Shown piece by piece: positions 53,424 to 64,000 of a stretch of DNA of 64,000 nucleotides (position 1 is its first letter; each line of letters starts with the position of its first letter). The DNA comes from a bacterium. GTDB lineage: Bacteria; UBA8248. The position numbers were made by a program, and so were the translations under genes. The notes below the pieces were generated by a model. It ran no database searches. It was not told the origin of the DNA and worked only from the letters and a program-made list of their open reading frames with translations. The stretch spans positions 96,001 to 160,000 of the forward strand of contig OY843592.1 of NCBI GenBank assembly GCA_963692865.2, given 5' to 3'.

Positions 53424-55673
53424 TCAGGCGGGCGCGGGCTGCGGCGTGCGTCCGTTGCGCCTGCTTCGCTGATACCAGTACAGGGCCGCGAAAATCGCCA
53501 CGGCAATCAGTTGCACCACGGGGCGCGGGCCGCTCGTGAAATCCGTGATGAGCGAGGGCCTGAACGCTGCGATGCACACCACAATCAAGACCGCCCGCTC
53601 GCCCCAGTTGCAATTATCGGCGAAATAGCCCTGAAGCGCGGAGGCGAAGGCGAACATCGCCACAAGGGAGACCACGCACACCCAGGCGATTTTCAGGAAA
53701 TCGTTGATCCAGATGATCTCGCCCTTGGGGCCGACCCCCTGCATCATCAAGAGCTCCAGGTTGTAGATGAAGACGAACGGCAGAACGGCGGTCCGCAGGT
53801 CGTAGACGAAGCCCTGCACGCCCGTCTGGATAGGGTCGGACTTGGCTATCGCGGATGCTGCGAACGCGGCGAGGCCCACCGGCGGCGTGTCGTCCGCAAG
53901 GATGCCGAAATAAAAGACGAACAGATGGGCCGCGAGCAGCGGAACCACGAGGCCCGCCTTGCCGCCCAGGCTCACGATGACCGGCGCGGTGAGCGTCGCC
54001 ATGACGATGTAGTTCGCCGTCGTGGGCAGGCCCATGCCCAGCACGAGCGAGCACAACGCCGTGAGCAGGAGCATGAGCACCACGTTGCCGAGAGAAACGA
54101 TTTCGATGAGTTCGATGAAGCGGCCGCTGAGACCCGTGAGCGTCACCGTGCCGACGATGATGCCCGCCGCCGCGGTCGCCACGCCGATGCCCATCATGTT
54201 CTTGGCCCCGGCCATCATCCCCTGCCACACGTCGCCGAAGCTCTGGCCGAAACCGGAGAGCACCCCGCGCCACAGGCGATCCTCCAATTCCTTGAAATGC
54301 GCCTCGCCGAACAACTCGCGCAGGCGGGCGGCGCCCTTCTCCCGCTTCATGTCGCCCAAGACGGCGATCGTGTTCTGCATGGGACGCTGGACGACGATGA
54401 TCGCCATGGTCAACAGGATCGCGTTGAAGGCCGACGCCACGGCCGACATGCGCAGGATGACCAGCGTGTAGATCAGCGCCAGGATGGGGACGACGTAGTG
54501 GATGCCGCCTATCAGCGTGCTCCAGAACGAGGGCAGCTCATCCGCCTCGAGCGGCCTTAAGTTGAGCTTCAGCGCTTCCAGATGAACGACGTAGAACAGA
54601 GCGATGTAAGAGAGCAGAGCCGGCAATATGGCGGCGCGCACCACGTCGAGATACGCCAGACCCAGGAATTCCGCCATGATGAACGCGGCGGCGCCCATGA
54701 CCGGCGGCATGAGCTGTCCGTTCGTGCTCGCGCCCACCTCCACGGCGCCCGCCTTGTAGGCGGGCAGTCCCACCTTCTTCATGAGCGGAATCGTGAAGGT
54801 TCCCGTCGTCGCCACGTTCGCGATGGAAGAACCCGAGACCAGACCCGTCATGCCCGAGGCCACCACCGCCGCCTTGGCGGGTCCGCCCCGGAAGCGGCCC
54901 AGCGCCGCGAAGGCCACCTGCACGAAGTAGTTCGCCGCCCCCGCCTTGTCGAGCAGGGAGCCGAACAGCACGAAGAGGAACACGAAACTCGTCGACACCC
55001 CGATGGGCACGCCCCAGATGCCGCTGTCGCTCAGATACATGTGGTCCACGACGAATTCGAGCGGAACGCCCGGATGCGCGATAAACGAGGGCATGTAGGG
55101 GCCTACGAAACAATAGAGCAGGAATACCATGGCGAGAATCGGGAGCGCGGGGCCGAGCGCGCGGCGCGCGGCCTCCAAGAGAAGAACGACGAGAATCATC
55201 CCCACGATGACGTCTTGCCGGATGGGAAGCCCCGAGCGCTGGATGATGTTCGCGTAGTCCCACGCCATGTAGAACGCGCCCATCCCCGCGAGAATCGCGA
55301 GCGCGTAGTCGTACCAGGGGATGACCTCCCGCGTGGAGCGCTGGGGCCGCATGAAGCCGGGAAAAAGCTGGATCGACGCGCGCTGAATCCAGCTTTCGCC
55401 GGGCTTCTTCGTCCCCGGGAAGGCCAGATAGACCATCGTGATGGCGAAGGTCAGGTGGATGCTTCTGGCGATGATGGAGTTAAGCGGGGTGTAGGCGATA
55501 TAGAGCTGAAAACAAGACCAGGAGATTGCGAGAACAGAGACCAGCCAGGCCGTCAGGTTCTTGGGCTGCCTCCCGCCGGATTCCGCCTCGGCGGCGATCT
55601 CCTCCGCCGCCCGTTTCGATTCTTCGTCTATCTCTGCGCCCAAAACGTCTGCGGAATCACCCGGTTCGCTCAT
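53424..55673 (-). CDS. TRAP transporter 4TM/12TM fusion permease
   Basis: GGPAKAAV, GQLMPPVMGAAAF, LGMGLPTTANY, DDTPPV. Confidence 0.95.
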   Translation of the reverse strand: MSEPGDSADVLGAEIDEESKRAAEEIAAEAESGGRQPKNLTAWLVSVLAISWSCFQLYIAYTPLNSIIARSIHLTFAITMVYLAFPGTKKPGESWIQRASIQLFPGFMRPQRSTREVIPWYDYALAILAGMGAFYMAWDYANIIQRSGLPIRQDVIVGMILVVLLLEAARRALGPALPILAMVFLLYCFVGPYMPSFIAHPGVPLEFVVDHMYLSDSGIWGVPIGVSTSFVFLFVLFGSLLDKAGAANYFVQVAFAALGRFRGGPAKAAVVASGMTGLVSGSSIANVATTGTFTIPLMKKVGLPAYKAGAVEVGASTNGQLMPPVMGAAAFIMAEFLGLAYLDVVRAAILPALLSYIALFYVVHLEALKLNLRPLEADELPSFWSTLIGGIHYVVPILALIYTLVILRMSAVASAFNAILLTMAIIVVQRPMQNTIAVLGDMKREKGAARLRELFGEAHFKELEDRLWRGVLSGFGQSFGDVWQGMMAGAKNMMGIGVATAAAGIIVGTVTLTGLSGRFIELIEIVSLGNVVLMLLLTALCSLVLGMGLPTTANYIVMATLTAPVIVSLGGKAGLVVPLLAAHLFVFYFGILADDTPPVGLAAFAASAIAKSDPIQTGVQGFVYDLRTAVLPFVFIYNLELLMMQGVGPKGEIIWINDFLKIAWVCVVSLVAMFAFASALQGYFADNCNWGERAVLIVVCIAAFRPSLITDFTSGPRPVVQLIAVAIFAALYWYQRSRRNGRTPQPAPA

Positions 55674-55785
55674 ATATTCGCCCCTCGAATCATTGCCTCG
55701 CTTCGTGAAAAAATCGAACCCGAATCGCCGCGCGAAGCCGGGGGGCGCGCGGCCCCCCGGCCCGTGCGGTGGACGTTCGTCTGAA

Positions 55786-56757
55786 TTACTTCTTCATCAG
55801 GCCTGCTTCTTTGTAATAACGCGTGGCGCCCGGATGGAAGGGAGCCGAGAGCCCCCCGAGCATGTCTTTTTTCTGCAAGTACTTGAACGCCGCATGCGTG
55901 GCGCGGAACTGATCGAGATTATCGAAGATGGTTTTCACGACGTTGTAGACCACGTCGTTGGGCTGTTTGTTGCTGGTGACGAAGGTGGCCTTCACCGCGT
56001 AGGTCGGCACGTCCTTCTTGACGCCCTTGTAGATGCCGCCCGGGATGTTCGTCATGACGTAGTAGGGCTTGCCGGCCACCAGCTTCATGATGCCCGGAGC
56101 GTTGATGGGAACCATGCGGATCGCCGTGCTGTTGGATATCTCGAGACCGCCGCCCCAGGGGTTGCCCACGGTGTAGAAGAACGCGTCGATCTTCTTGTCC
56201 ACCAGCGCGCGGCTCGCTCCACCCTGCTGCAGACCCTCGGCCTTGATGTCCTTTTTCATGTCGATGCCGTAGATTCTCAGGATGTCCGTCGCGTTTCCGC
56301 GCTGGCCGGAGCCGGGGTTGCCGATGTTGACCCGGCGGCCCTTGATGTCCGATACCTTCATGATGCCGGAATCCGCGCGCGCCACGAGCATGACGGTTTC
56401 CGCATGAGCGCTGAATACGCTGCGAAGGCCCTTGTAGGCTTTGCCCTTCCAGTCGGCCGCGCCGTTATAGGCCTGCCAGTTCCTGTCGGACTGGGCGACG
56501 CCGAAGTTCAACAGGCCGCGCTTGATGGCGTTGATGTTGAACACCGAACCCAGCGCGGGACGGCCGATGCAATTGTAGCCCTTGCTCTTCAAGGTCTTGT
56601 TCACCAGCTTGCAGACGTTGAGAGCCACCTGGTAGTACACGCCCGTGGTGGAGCCGCCGCCGACCACGAGGAACTTCGCGGCGCTCGCCGGAACCACCGT
56701 TCCCGCGATCGAAACCGCCGCTAAGAAAGCGATTACGAATTTCATTGTCCTTTTCAT
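55786..56757 (-). CDS. TAXI family solute-binding protein
   Basis: GGSTTGVYY, GSVFNI, NPGSG, PFHPGA. Confidence 0.95.
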   Translation of the reverse strand: MKRTMKFVIAFLAAVSIAGTVVPASAAKFLVVGGGSTTGVYYQVALNVCKLVNKTLKSKGYNCIGRPALGSVFNINAIKRGLLNFGVAQSDRNWQAYNGAADWKGKAYKGLRSVFSAHAETVMLVARADSGIMKVSDIKGRRVNIGNPGSGQRGNATDILRIYGIDMKKDIKAEGLQQGGASRALVDKKIDAFFYTVGNPWGGGLEISNSTAIRMVPINAPGIMKLVAGKPYYVMTNIPGGIYKGVKKDVPTYAVKATFVTSNKQPNDVVYNVVKTIFDNLDQFRATHAAFKYLQKKDMLGGLSAPFHPGATRYYKEAGLMKK

Positions 56758-57063
56758 CGCGTATTCTCCTTGAGTGAAGTGAGGTGGATAATAGACTTGC
56801 CAAGCATCGCTGCCGATTGTTTCCTCCGTACCGACGGCATCCACGCCTATTCTTCGCGGATGGCGAGTTCTTCGGAAAACCTATAAACATCGGCTCTTGC
56901 CGATTCTTTGTTCTCGGAATGATTGCCCAATTGAAGGATAATGAGCGAAAAACACGATGTCAACCGGAAACTAAACGCCGGGGAGCCATTTCCATTGCTT
57001 TGGGGTATTCTCATCGTCGGAAGAAATCTCCCGTCTTTTCTTATCCTGCTTCGAGGCTGGACA

Positions 57064-58272
57064 ATGAACCGGGCAACTTGGGACGTCATCGTCATCGGAG
57101 GCGGCATACTCGGCCTTTCCACCGCCATGGAGGTCACCCGCCGCCACCCGCGAAAACGCGTCCTCGTCCTCGAGAAAGAAGCCGGCGTCGGCCGCCATCA
57201 ATCGCTCCACAACAGCGGTGTGATTCACTCGGGGCTCTACTACCGCCCCGGCTCGCTCAAGGCGAAGACCTGCGTAGAGGGCGCGGCCGCCATGGTGCGC
57301 TTCGCACAAGAACACGGGGTCAACCACGAAATCTGCGGCAAGGTGGTCGTCGCAACGGAGGAGGCGGAAATCCCCCGCCTGGAGGAACTCCACCGCCGGG
57401 GCGCCGCGAACGGAATCGAAAACATCACGGTTCTGGGGCCAGAGGAACTGAAGGAAATCGAACCCCACGCCCGGGGCGTCAAGGCGCTTCGGGTGCCCTC
57501 CACGGGCATCATCGACTACGGCGGCGTCGTGCGCGCCTACGCCCGCATCGTCACCGAGGCGGGGCAGAGCATCCGGACGTCCGCGCAAGTCACCGGCATC
57601 GCCGTCTTGAAAGGAGAAAAGCGCGTCGAGACGACGGCGGGGGATTTCGCGGGTAAGTTCATCGTCAACTGCGCGGGGCTTTACGCAGACAGGGTCGCGA
57701 AACTCGCGGGCGGGGCGCCGCCGATGAAAATAGTACCCTTTCGGGGCGAGTATTACGAACTCGCCTCCGAGCGGCGCTCGCTCGTGAAGAGCTTGATCTA
57801 CCCGGCGCCCGACCCGGCGTTCCCCTTTCTCGGGGTTCACTTCACCCGCCGCGTGGACGGGAGCGTCGAGGCGGGGCCGAACGCCGTCCTGGCCTGCATG
57901 CGGGAGGGCTACACGAAAACGCGGGTCGACCCCTACGATCTCTTCGAGACCCTCACCTATCCCGGTTTCCTGAGGCTGGCCATGAAATACTGGAAGACGG
58001 GACTGGGCGAGATGGTCCGCTCCCTCAGCAAGGCCGCCTTCACGCGCGCGCTGCAAAAGCTCATGCCCGAGATCCGGGAATCGGACCTCGTTCCCGCGGG
58101 CGCGGGCGTCCGCGCGCAGGCGGTGGACCGGGACGGCGATCTGCTGGATGATTTCTCCATCATCCATACCGAGGGGGCCGTCCACGTGTGCAACGCCCCC
58201 TCGCCGGGCGCTACGGCGTCGCTGATGATAGGCCGCGCCATCGCCGACATGGCAGATGAAATGCAAGAGTGA
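57064..58272 (+). CDS. lhgO: L-2-hydroxyglutarate oxidase
   Basis: GGGILG, HQSLHNSGVIHSG, PFLGVHFT, NAPSPGAT. Confidence 0.88.
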   Translation: MNRATWDVIVIGGGILGLSTAMEVTRRHPRKRVLVLEKEAGVGRHQSLHNSGVIHSGLYYRPGSLKAKTCVEGAAAMVRFAQEHGVNHEICGKVVVATEEAEIPRLEELHRRGAANGIENITVLGPEELKEIEPHARGVKALRVPSTGIIDYGGVVRAYARIVTEAGQSIRTSAQVTGIAVLKGEKRVETTAGDFAGKFIVNCAGLYADRVAKLAGGAPPMKIVPFRGEYYELASERRSLVKSLIYPAPDPAFPFLGVHFTRRVDGSVEAGPNAVLACMREGYTKTRVDPYDLFETLTYPGFLRLAMKYWKTGLGEMVRSLSKAAFTRALQKLMPEIRESDLVPAGAGVRAQAVDRDGDLLDDFSIIHTEGAVHVCNAPSPGATASLMIGRAIADMADEMQE

Positions 58273-58426
58273 ACGCCGTGGCACGACAGTTCGGGTCGCG
58301 AGGGAAAAGACTTCCGCCTTCGTAGAGACAAGTCGCGACCTGTCTCCTACAGGTCGGCAAGAAAAAGCTGGTGGTTCGCTGGAACAACACCGGAACCGAC
58401 ATACATCCCAACGAGACACAACTCCA

Positions 58427-59113
58427 TCAACCTCCGGGTCGGTAGGCGCTCTCTGGCGGGTCGGGCCTGCGCCAGGGCCGGATGAGCTTTCCGCCCCGAT
58501 AGGCCGCCTCGTAGGGGCCATCGGGCGTCAAGACCACGAGGGGGCTTTTTCTTCGACTCATCCTCCGGCGATAGCGCCTGCTTTGCGCGACGTAGAGTTC
58601 GCGCTCGCCGGGCAGCAGTTCGAAGAGGCGGTCGAAAAAGCGCAGGAATTCACGGACGAACTTCTTCGTCGCCGCACGATGGCGATCCACGAGGTAGCAT
58701 TTGCCCTCCAACACCCGGTTGTAGACCAGACCCAGAAAATTCTCCTCGCCGTCGAAATAGGGTTCGTAGGGAAACGCGCGGCACGAGACGGAGCGGTTCT
58801 CCCGCTCGCAATGCGCGGCGCCCCGGCACTCGATGAAAACGCTCTGCTCCTCATCGACTTCTTCGACCATCGCGAGTTCAGAGGGCATGCGCGGCCTGAA
58901 CTCGTGCCAGAGCCGCGTGCGCGATTCCAGAAACTTCCACTCCTCGCGATGGGCGACGGGGACCACCCAGCCCGAGTCGCAGCAAAAAGGAACCCCCTCG
59001 TTGAAGGGCGCGCATTTCTTCCCGCAGTCGAACCGCGCGGGCGGACTCGCAAAGCCCGAATAGAGCGCCTCGAAATCCTTCGGCCGCAGCTTCGCCGCCC
59101 TCATCTTTTCCAC
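58427..59113 (-). CDS. Cys-cluster hypothetical protein
   Basis: DCGKKC, FCC, CRGAAHC, SCRAFP, C; GTG start overlaps the upstream TAG. Confidence 0.7.
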   Translation of the reverse strand: MEKMRAAKLRPKDFEALYSGFASPPARFDCGKKCAPFNEGVPFCCDSGWVVPVAHREEWKFLESRTRLWHEFRPRMPSELAMVEEVDEEQSVFIECRGAAHCERENRSVSCRAFPYEPYFDGEENFLGLVYNRVLEGKCYLVDRHRAATKKFVREFLRFFDRLFELLPGERELYVAQSRRYRRRMSRRKSPLVVLTPDGPYEAAYRGGKLIRPWRRPDPPESAYRPGG

Positions 59114-60687
59114 TATGCCTCATCCTCATCTTCGCCAGCGCCTTCGGTCGAATCCGCCGGGCGCGCTCGGGAGGCGGCGGCATGTGCAGAGGCGGCCAAG
59201 GCCCTCGATATGGCCGCGGCGGCCTGATGAAAGAGGACGGCGCAATAGTCGACCTCGTCATCATCCATCTCCCGCGGCGCATCGAAGTAAAACGCAGCCA
59301 ACCCCACGACTTTTCCCAACGCGACCAGCGGAAAGACCACGGCTCCGCCCACCTCTTCGGCCCTCAGCGCCTCGGGCGCGCCGTACCATTCATCGGTGGA
59401 GGCCACCTCGACGATCTCCCTTTCCCGCAAGGCGATCCGCTCCGGCAGGCCGGAATCGGAAGAAGCGACGGCGCGCCGGTAGTCTCCGCCCAGGCGCGAT
59501 GAGCACACTTCAAGAAACCGCTCCGCCGCTTCGTCGTACAAGGCGGCGTAATACCTCTCGGTCGGGAAAAAACGCGAGACTTCCCCCACGACGGTCAGGA
59601 TGACGTCGCGAAAATGCGCGCCCGCCGCCACCGATTCGCTCACCTTGGAGATAGTAGCGAGCTGGTCCGAAGCGAGCCGCCGCCCCGAGACTTCCTGACC
59701 CGACCCCGCTCCTCTCGTCCGAAGAGCTTCGCTTTCCTTCCCCTGGCCGGGTTTCAGAAAATAAAACAAGGCGAGCGAGGCGAGCCAGAACGCCAGCATC
59801 AAACCTGCCGTCATCGTCAATCCTGTATCCAGCCCCGAACGCTCCGCCAGATGGACGAGGCGCAGCCGCCTCACCCCGAGGTGGAAGATGGACTGCGTCA
59901 TCGAGCGTTTGTCCGCATTCGCGGCGTTGAAGGCGTCGGGGTCGCAGCAAACCGGAACATCAATGGCCGGGGCGAGTTCTCTCTTGAAGGCTCCGTCGAT
60001 GCTCTCGGAGAGGAACTTCTCCCCCCGCCTGGCGAAGAGGACCTTCTGTTCGGGCTCCGCCAACAGGAAAACGCTTTCGCCGGGAGCCGGCTCGCCCTCG
60101 CGCAAGGGCAGCAGCGATTCCGCCGGAACGATGACGCCCCAGAAACCCTTGGTCGACGGCGAGGGCGCCAGCACCAGCATGATCGGTACGCCGTTTAATG
60201 TGCTCGATTGAACGTCGAACTCCCGCCTCGGCGGCTTCGCCTCCCGCGCCCGCTCCGAGACGGAGAGAAGCGACCGCCTCGCACCGGCCCAGAGACCCTT
60301 CTCCTCGGCCCCAAGGGGCGGCATGCTCCCTACCCTGCGCGAATCCAGAATACCGCCCCGCTCGTCGAGCAGCACCGAAGCGGCGAAGGATGCTCTGGAT
60401 TCCCCGCCCAGGAGAAACGAAAGCGCTTTCCCCTCCCTCTCGGCGACGCCCGGAACCGCCGCCATCAGGAGTTCGGCCCCTTGAATCCTCCCGAGCAGGA
60501 AGTCGACGCGGCCGCGTATTCCGGCCTTGAAGTCCTGCAGACGGCTCGCGTCGCGCTCGGAGTATCGGCTCAGGAGCGCATCCCGGACGGTTCGATGGGC
60601 GAAATAGGCCGCGCCTGCCGCAAATAGGGCCGTGATGATCGCAAAAACCAGGAGAGGAGAAATTGATCTTCGGGAATTCTCATCCAT
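59113..60687 (-). CDS. Membrane sensor: 2 TM, periplasmic domain, C-terminal GAF
   Basis: MDENSRRS-TM ... TM ... VFPLVALGKVVG...QAAAAI. Confidence 0.7.
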   Translation of the reverse strand: MDENSRRSISPLLVFAIITALFAAGAAYFAHRTVRDALLSRYSERDASRLQDFKAGIRGRVDFLLGRIQGAELLMAAVPGVAEREGKALSFLLGGESRASFAASVLLDERGGILDSRRVGSMPPLGAEEKGLWAGARRSLLSVSERAREAKPPRREFDVQSSTLNGVPIMLVLAPSPSTKGFWGVIVPAESLLPLREGEPAPGESVFLLAEPEQKVLFARRGEKFLSESIDGAFKRELAPAIDVPVCCDPDAFNAANADKRSMTQSIFHLGVRRLRLVHLAERSGLDTGLTMTAGLMLAFWLASLALFYFLKPGQGKESEALRTRGAGSGQEVSGRRLASDQLATISKVSESVAAGAHFRDVILTVVGEVSRFFPTERYYAALYDEAAERFLEVCSSRLGGDYRRAVASSDSGLPERIALREREIVEVASTDEWYGAPEALRAEEVGGAVVFPLVALGKVVGLAAFYFDAPREMDDDEVDYCAVLFHQAAAAISRALAASAHAAASRARPADSTEGAGEDEDEA

Positions 60688-60779
60688 AACACGTCGGCCG
60701 ATGCCCTCGCCCGCCGGAGCGCGCATCGCGCAGGGAAAAGCGATGCGCCCCAAAATCGCCGGGCAACGCGTAGAACCGC

Positions 60780-61799
<1,020 letters not shown>

Positions 61800-62135
61800 G
61801 CCTTTCTTGTTCGGTGGAAATTCGCGCTGCGAAATAACGTATATTCAATTTCTATCATCGCGGCCGCCGCCGGGCAAGTCGAAAAAACCATCGACGTATT
61901 TGGAGAATCCATTCCCCCCTCTCGCCAGGCGGTTCCGCCCGGACCATACACGCCAGGGCACTCCCATTCTCCTTCTCTCAGCGGGTCGCGCGCGCATGGC
62001 GGCGTTGATCATTGCACCCCGTTTTGTTAGGTTTGGCGCTCAACCCGTTTCAGCGGGAACCGTTCAGCCGGATCATTCCCCATGTATGCGCGCGGAAGCA
62101 CATAGTGGGAAAATCGTTTTTCAATGGAGAGGGAA

Positions 62136-62531
62136 ATGGCGGAAGAAGAAAAAGAAGAGGAAACAAACGAAGCTGAAGCGCCTGAACAAGATGAGTCGCC
62201 TGAACAGGTGGGCCCCGTTCTGACGGCCAAAGAGATTGACAAGATGAACGTGCCCAAGCTCAAGGAAGCCGCACTGGAGTACGGCGGAAAAATCTCGGGC
62301 GTCCACGGCATGGGCAAAATCCAGTTGATCCGGGCGCTCAAGGAGATAAACGACATTCCGTTGCTCGAAGCGAAGCGCACCTCGAAAATCGACAGAAGCG
62401 CCGTCAAGCAACAGATCAAGGCTCTCAAGAACATGCGGGATCAGAATATCGAGGCGAAAGACGGCGTCCAGCTCAGGCGCGTGAGAAAACGCATCAAATC
62501 GCTTCGCAGAAAACTGGTGCGAACCGCTTGA
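62136..62531 (+). CDS. Small protein with Rho-N-like helical domain and basic tail
   Basis: DKMNVPKLKEAA...GVHGMGKIQLI; acidic N-terminus, Lys/Arg-rich C-terminus. Confidence 0.65.
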   Translation: MAEEEKEEETNEAEAPEQDESPEQVGPVLTAKEIDKMNVPKLKEAALEYGGKISGVHGMGKIQLIRALKEINDIPLLEAKRTSKIDRSAVKQQIKALKNMRDQNIEAKDGVQLRRVRKRIKSLRRKLVRTA

Positions 62532-62574
62532 GTTGAATGCGCGGTTGGGAGATTTCATTCCCCCGGGAGAAACG

Positions 62575-63564
62575 ATGCCCGCACACATATCCCTGCCCCT
62601 GTCCTCGAACGGAGCAGTCAAATTCACGGATCGCATCCGGGAGGACGTTTCCCGCCTGGAGCGCACCGAACTCTCCACGCTGCAGATCAACGTGGGCAAA
62701 TACTGCAACCAGACTTGCGCGCACTGCCACGTGGGCGCGGGCCCGCACCGCAAGGAGATCATGACCGGGGAGACGGCGAGCCGCATCATCGAATGGCTCG
62801 AGGATACGCAGATACCCAACGTCGACATCACGGGGGGCGCGCCCGAGTTGAACGCCCACTTCAGGCGCATCGTCGCCTCCGCCCGCCGCAAAGGCCGCCA
62901 TGTGATGGTTCGCTGCAATCTCACGGTCATCTACGAACCGGGCCAGGAGGATTTGATCGATTTCTACCGCGAGAACCGGGTGGAACTCATCTGCTCGCTG
63001 CCTTGCTATCTCGAAGAAAACGTGAACGCCCAGCGCGGAGACGGCGTTTTTGAAAAATCCATCCGCGCGCTCCGGGAGTTGAACGAGGCGGGGTTCGGCC
63101 CGCCGGGCGATCTGGCCCTGAACCTCGTCTACAACCCCGTGGACGACAACCTCCCGCCACCGCAAGAGGCGCTCGAGGCGGACTATAAGCGCGAACTCCT
63201 CAAGCGCTACGGCCTCCGCTTTCACCGTCTCTACACCATCACCAACATGCCCATCACCCGTTTCGCCGGTTATCTGAAGGCGAACGGGAAGCTGGATTCC
63301 TACATGGCGGCGCTGCGCGGAGCCTACAACCCCGGGACGCTGCCCGGCCTGATGTGCCGAAACCTCATCAGCGTGGGGTGGGACGGCGTCCTCTACGATT
63401 GCGACTTCAACCAGATGCTCGACATGTCCCTGGGCAACGGGACGCCCCTGAAACTTTGGGACGTAGCGCCTGACGCCCTGTTGGATCGCGAAATTCTGCT
63501 GGGCGATCATTGCTTCGGCTGCACGGCGGGGGCGGGTTCTTCCTGCGGAGGCTCTCTGGCGTAG
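62575..63564 (+). CDS. arsS: ArsS-like radical SAM protein (DUF3641 tail)
   Basis: LQINVGKYCNQTCAHC, DITGGAPE, YDCDFNQML, HCFGCTAGAGSSCGG. Confidence 0.85.
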   Translation: MPAHISLPLSSNGAVKFTDRIREDVSRLERTELSTLQINVGKYCNQTCAHCHVGAGPHRKEIMTGETASRIIEWLEDTQIPNVDITGGAPELNAHFRRIVASARRKGRHVMVRCNLTVIYEPGQEDLIDFYRENRVELICSLPCYLEENVNAQRGDGVFEKSIRALRELNEAGFGPPGDLALNLVYNPVDDNLPPPQEALEADYKRELLKRYGLRFHRLYTITNMPITRFAGYLKANGKLDSYMAALRGAYNPGTLPGLMCRNLISVGWDGVLYDCDFNQMLDMSLGNGTPLKLWDVAPDALLDREILLGDHCFGCTAGAGSSCGGSLA

Positions 63565-63681
63565 AGAGCGGAGTCATCGAAAAAATTTCTGGTCTCTTTC
63601 CTGACATCAAGGTATTATGATGTTATCCACGAGGTTGCTTCGATAATTTCTCATACGCCATGTTCGGGGCCGCAACTCGAA

Positions 63682-64000
63682 ATGAAAACGGAGCGAATTC
63701 CATTGTCTCGCCTGCGAGAAATCAGATCGCGGTATTCATGGCCGCGCGGACTGCTCGCCCTGGCCTTGGTCCTCGCGCTTCTGTGCGCTTCGGCTTCTCT
63801 CGCCCGTGGGTCGAACCACGACCCGGGCGACGAAGAACGGACGGTCGAATCCATCGACCCGTTCGAGGAATTCAACCGCGCGGTCTTCGGCTTCAACGAG
63901 GCGCTCGACGCCGTCATCTTCCTGCCGCTCGCGAAGATATACCGGGCCATATTCCCCAAACCCGTCCGCGATTCGTTCCGCAATTTCATGCGCAACCTGA
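63682..64000 (+). CDS. mlaA: MlaA/VacJ family protein, runs off right edge
   Basis: Not in ORF track; DPFEEFNRAVFGFN...PVRDSFRNFMRNL. Confidence 0.85.
   Translation, partial: MKTERIPLSRLREIRSRYSWPRGLLALALVLALLCASASLARGSNHDPGDEERTVESIDPFEEFNRAVFGFNEALDAVIFLPLAKIYRAIFPKPVRDSFRNFMRNL

Noticed and set aside
56971-58521. Long antisense ORFs, here and throughout the window
   Set aside because: Shadow frames expected from high GC3 opposite well-supported genes.
63508-63564. Possible third selenoprotein (ArsS C-terminal GSSU)
   Set aside because: The codon is TGC (GSSCGG); there is no in-frame TGA.
63623-63631. DnaA box TTATCCACG
   Set aside because: Single imperfect box, no cluster or unwinding element.

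Overview
GC-rich diderm bacterial chromosome segment (RND pump, TRAP/TAXI, MlaA); taxonomy cannot be fixed from the sequence. The backbone carries housekeeping and catabolic genes: rph-rdgB, moaA-moeA-moeA, tatA, CoA-transferase/acyl-CoA clusters, an Aap-type amino-acid ABC transporter, lhgO, tRNA-Pro and an ArsS-like radical SAM gene. Lower-GC defence and toxin-antitoxin genes interrupt it: a double-GHKL (MORC-like ATPase + histidine kinase) gene coupled to a receiver-like gene, HigBA, DUF2971, a STAND-like ATPase, one intact and one decayed HEPN gene, MNT-HEPN, a Dcm-nuclease-Vsr module and a membrane-protein + TIR + TIR operon with no ThsA. Two genes split by the ORF track appear to be selenoproteins (in-frame TGA plus SECIS-like hairpin). 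Non-coding structure includes three copies of a ~62-bp AT-rich palindrome, 3'-end gene remnants beside defence loci, TIR-bounded MITE-like elements starting at TAG stop codons, REP-like hairpins and a 10-bp-phased A-tract array. All family calls come from motif recognition; no database search was run.
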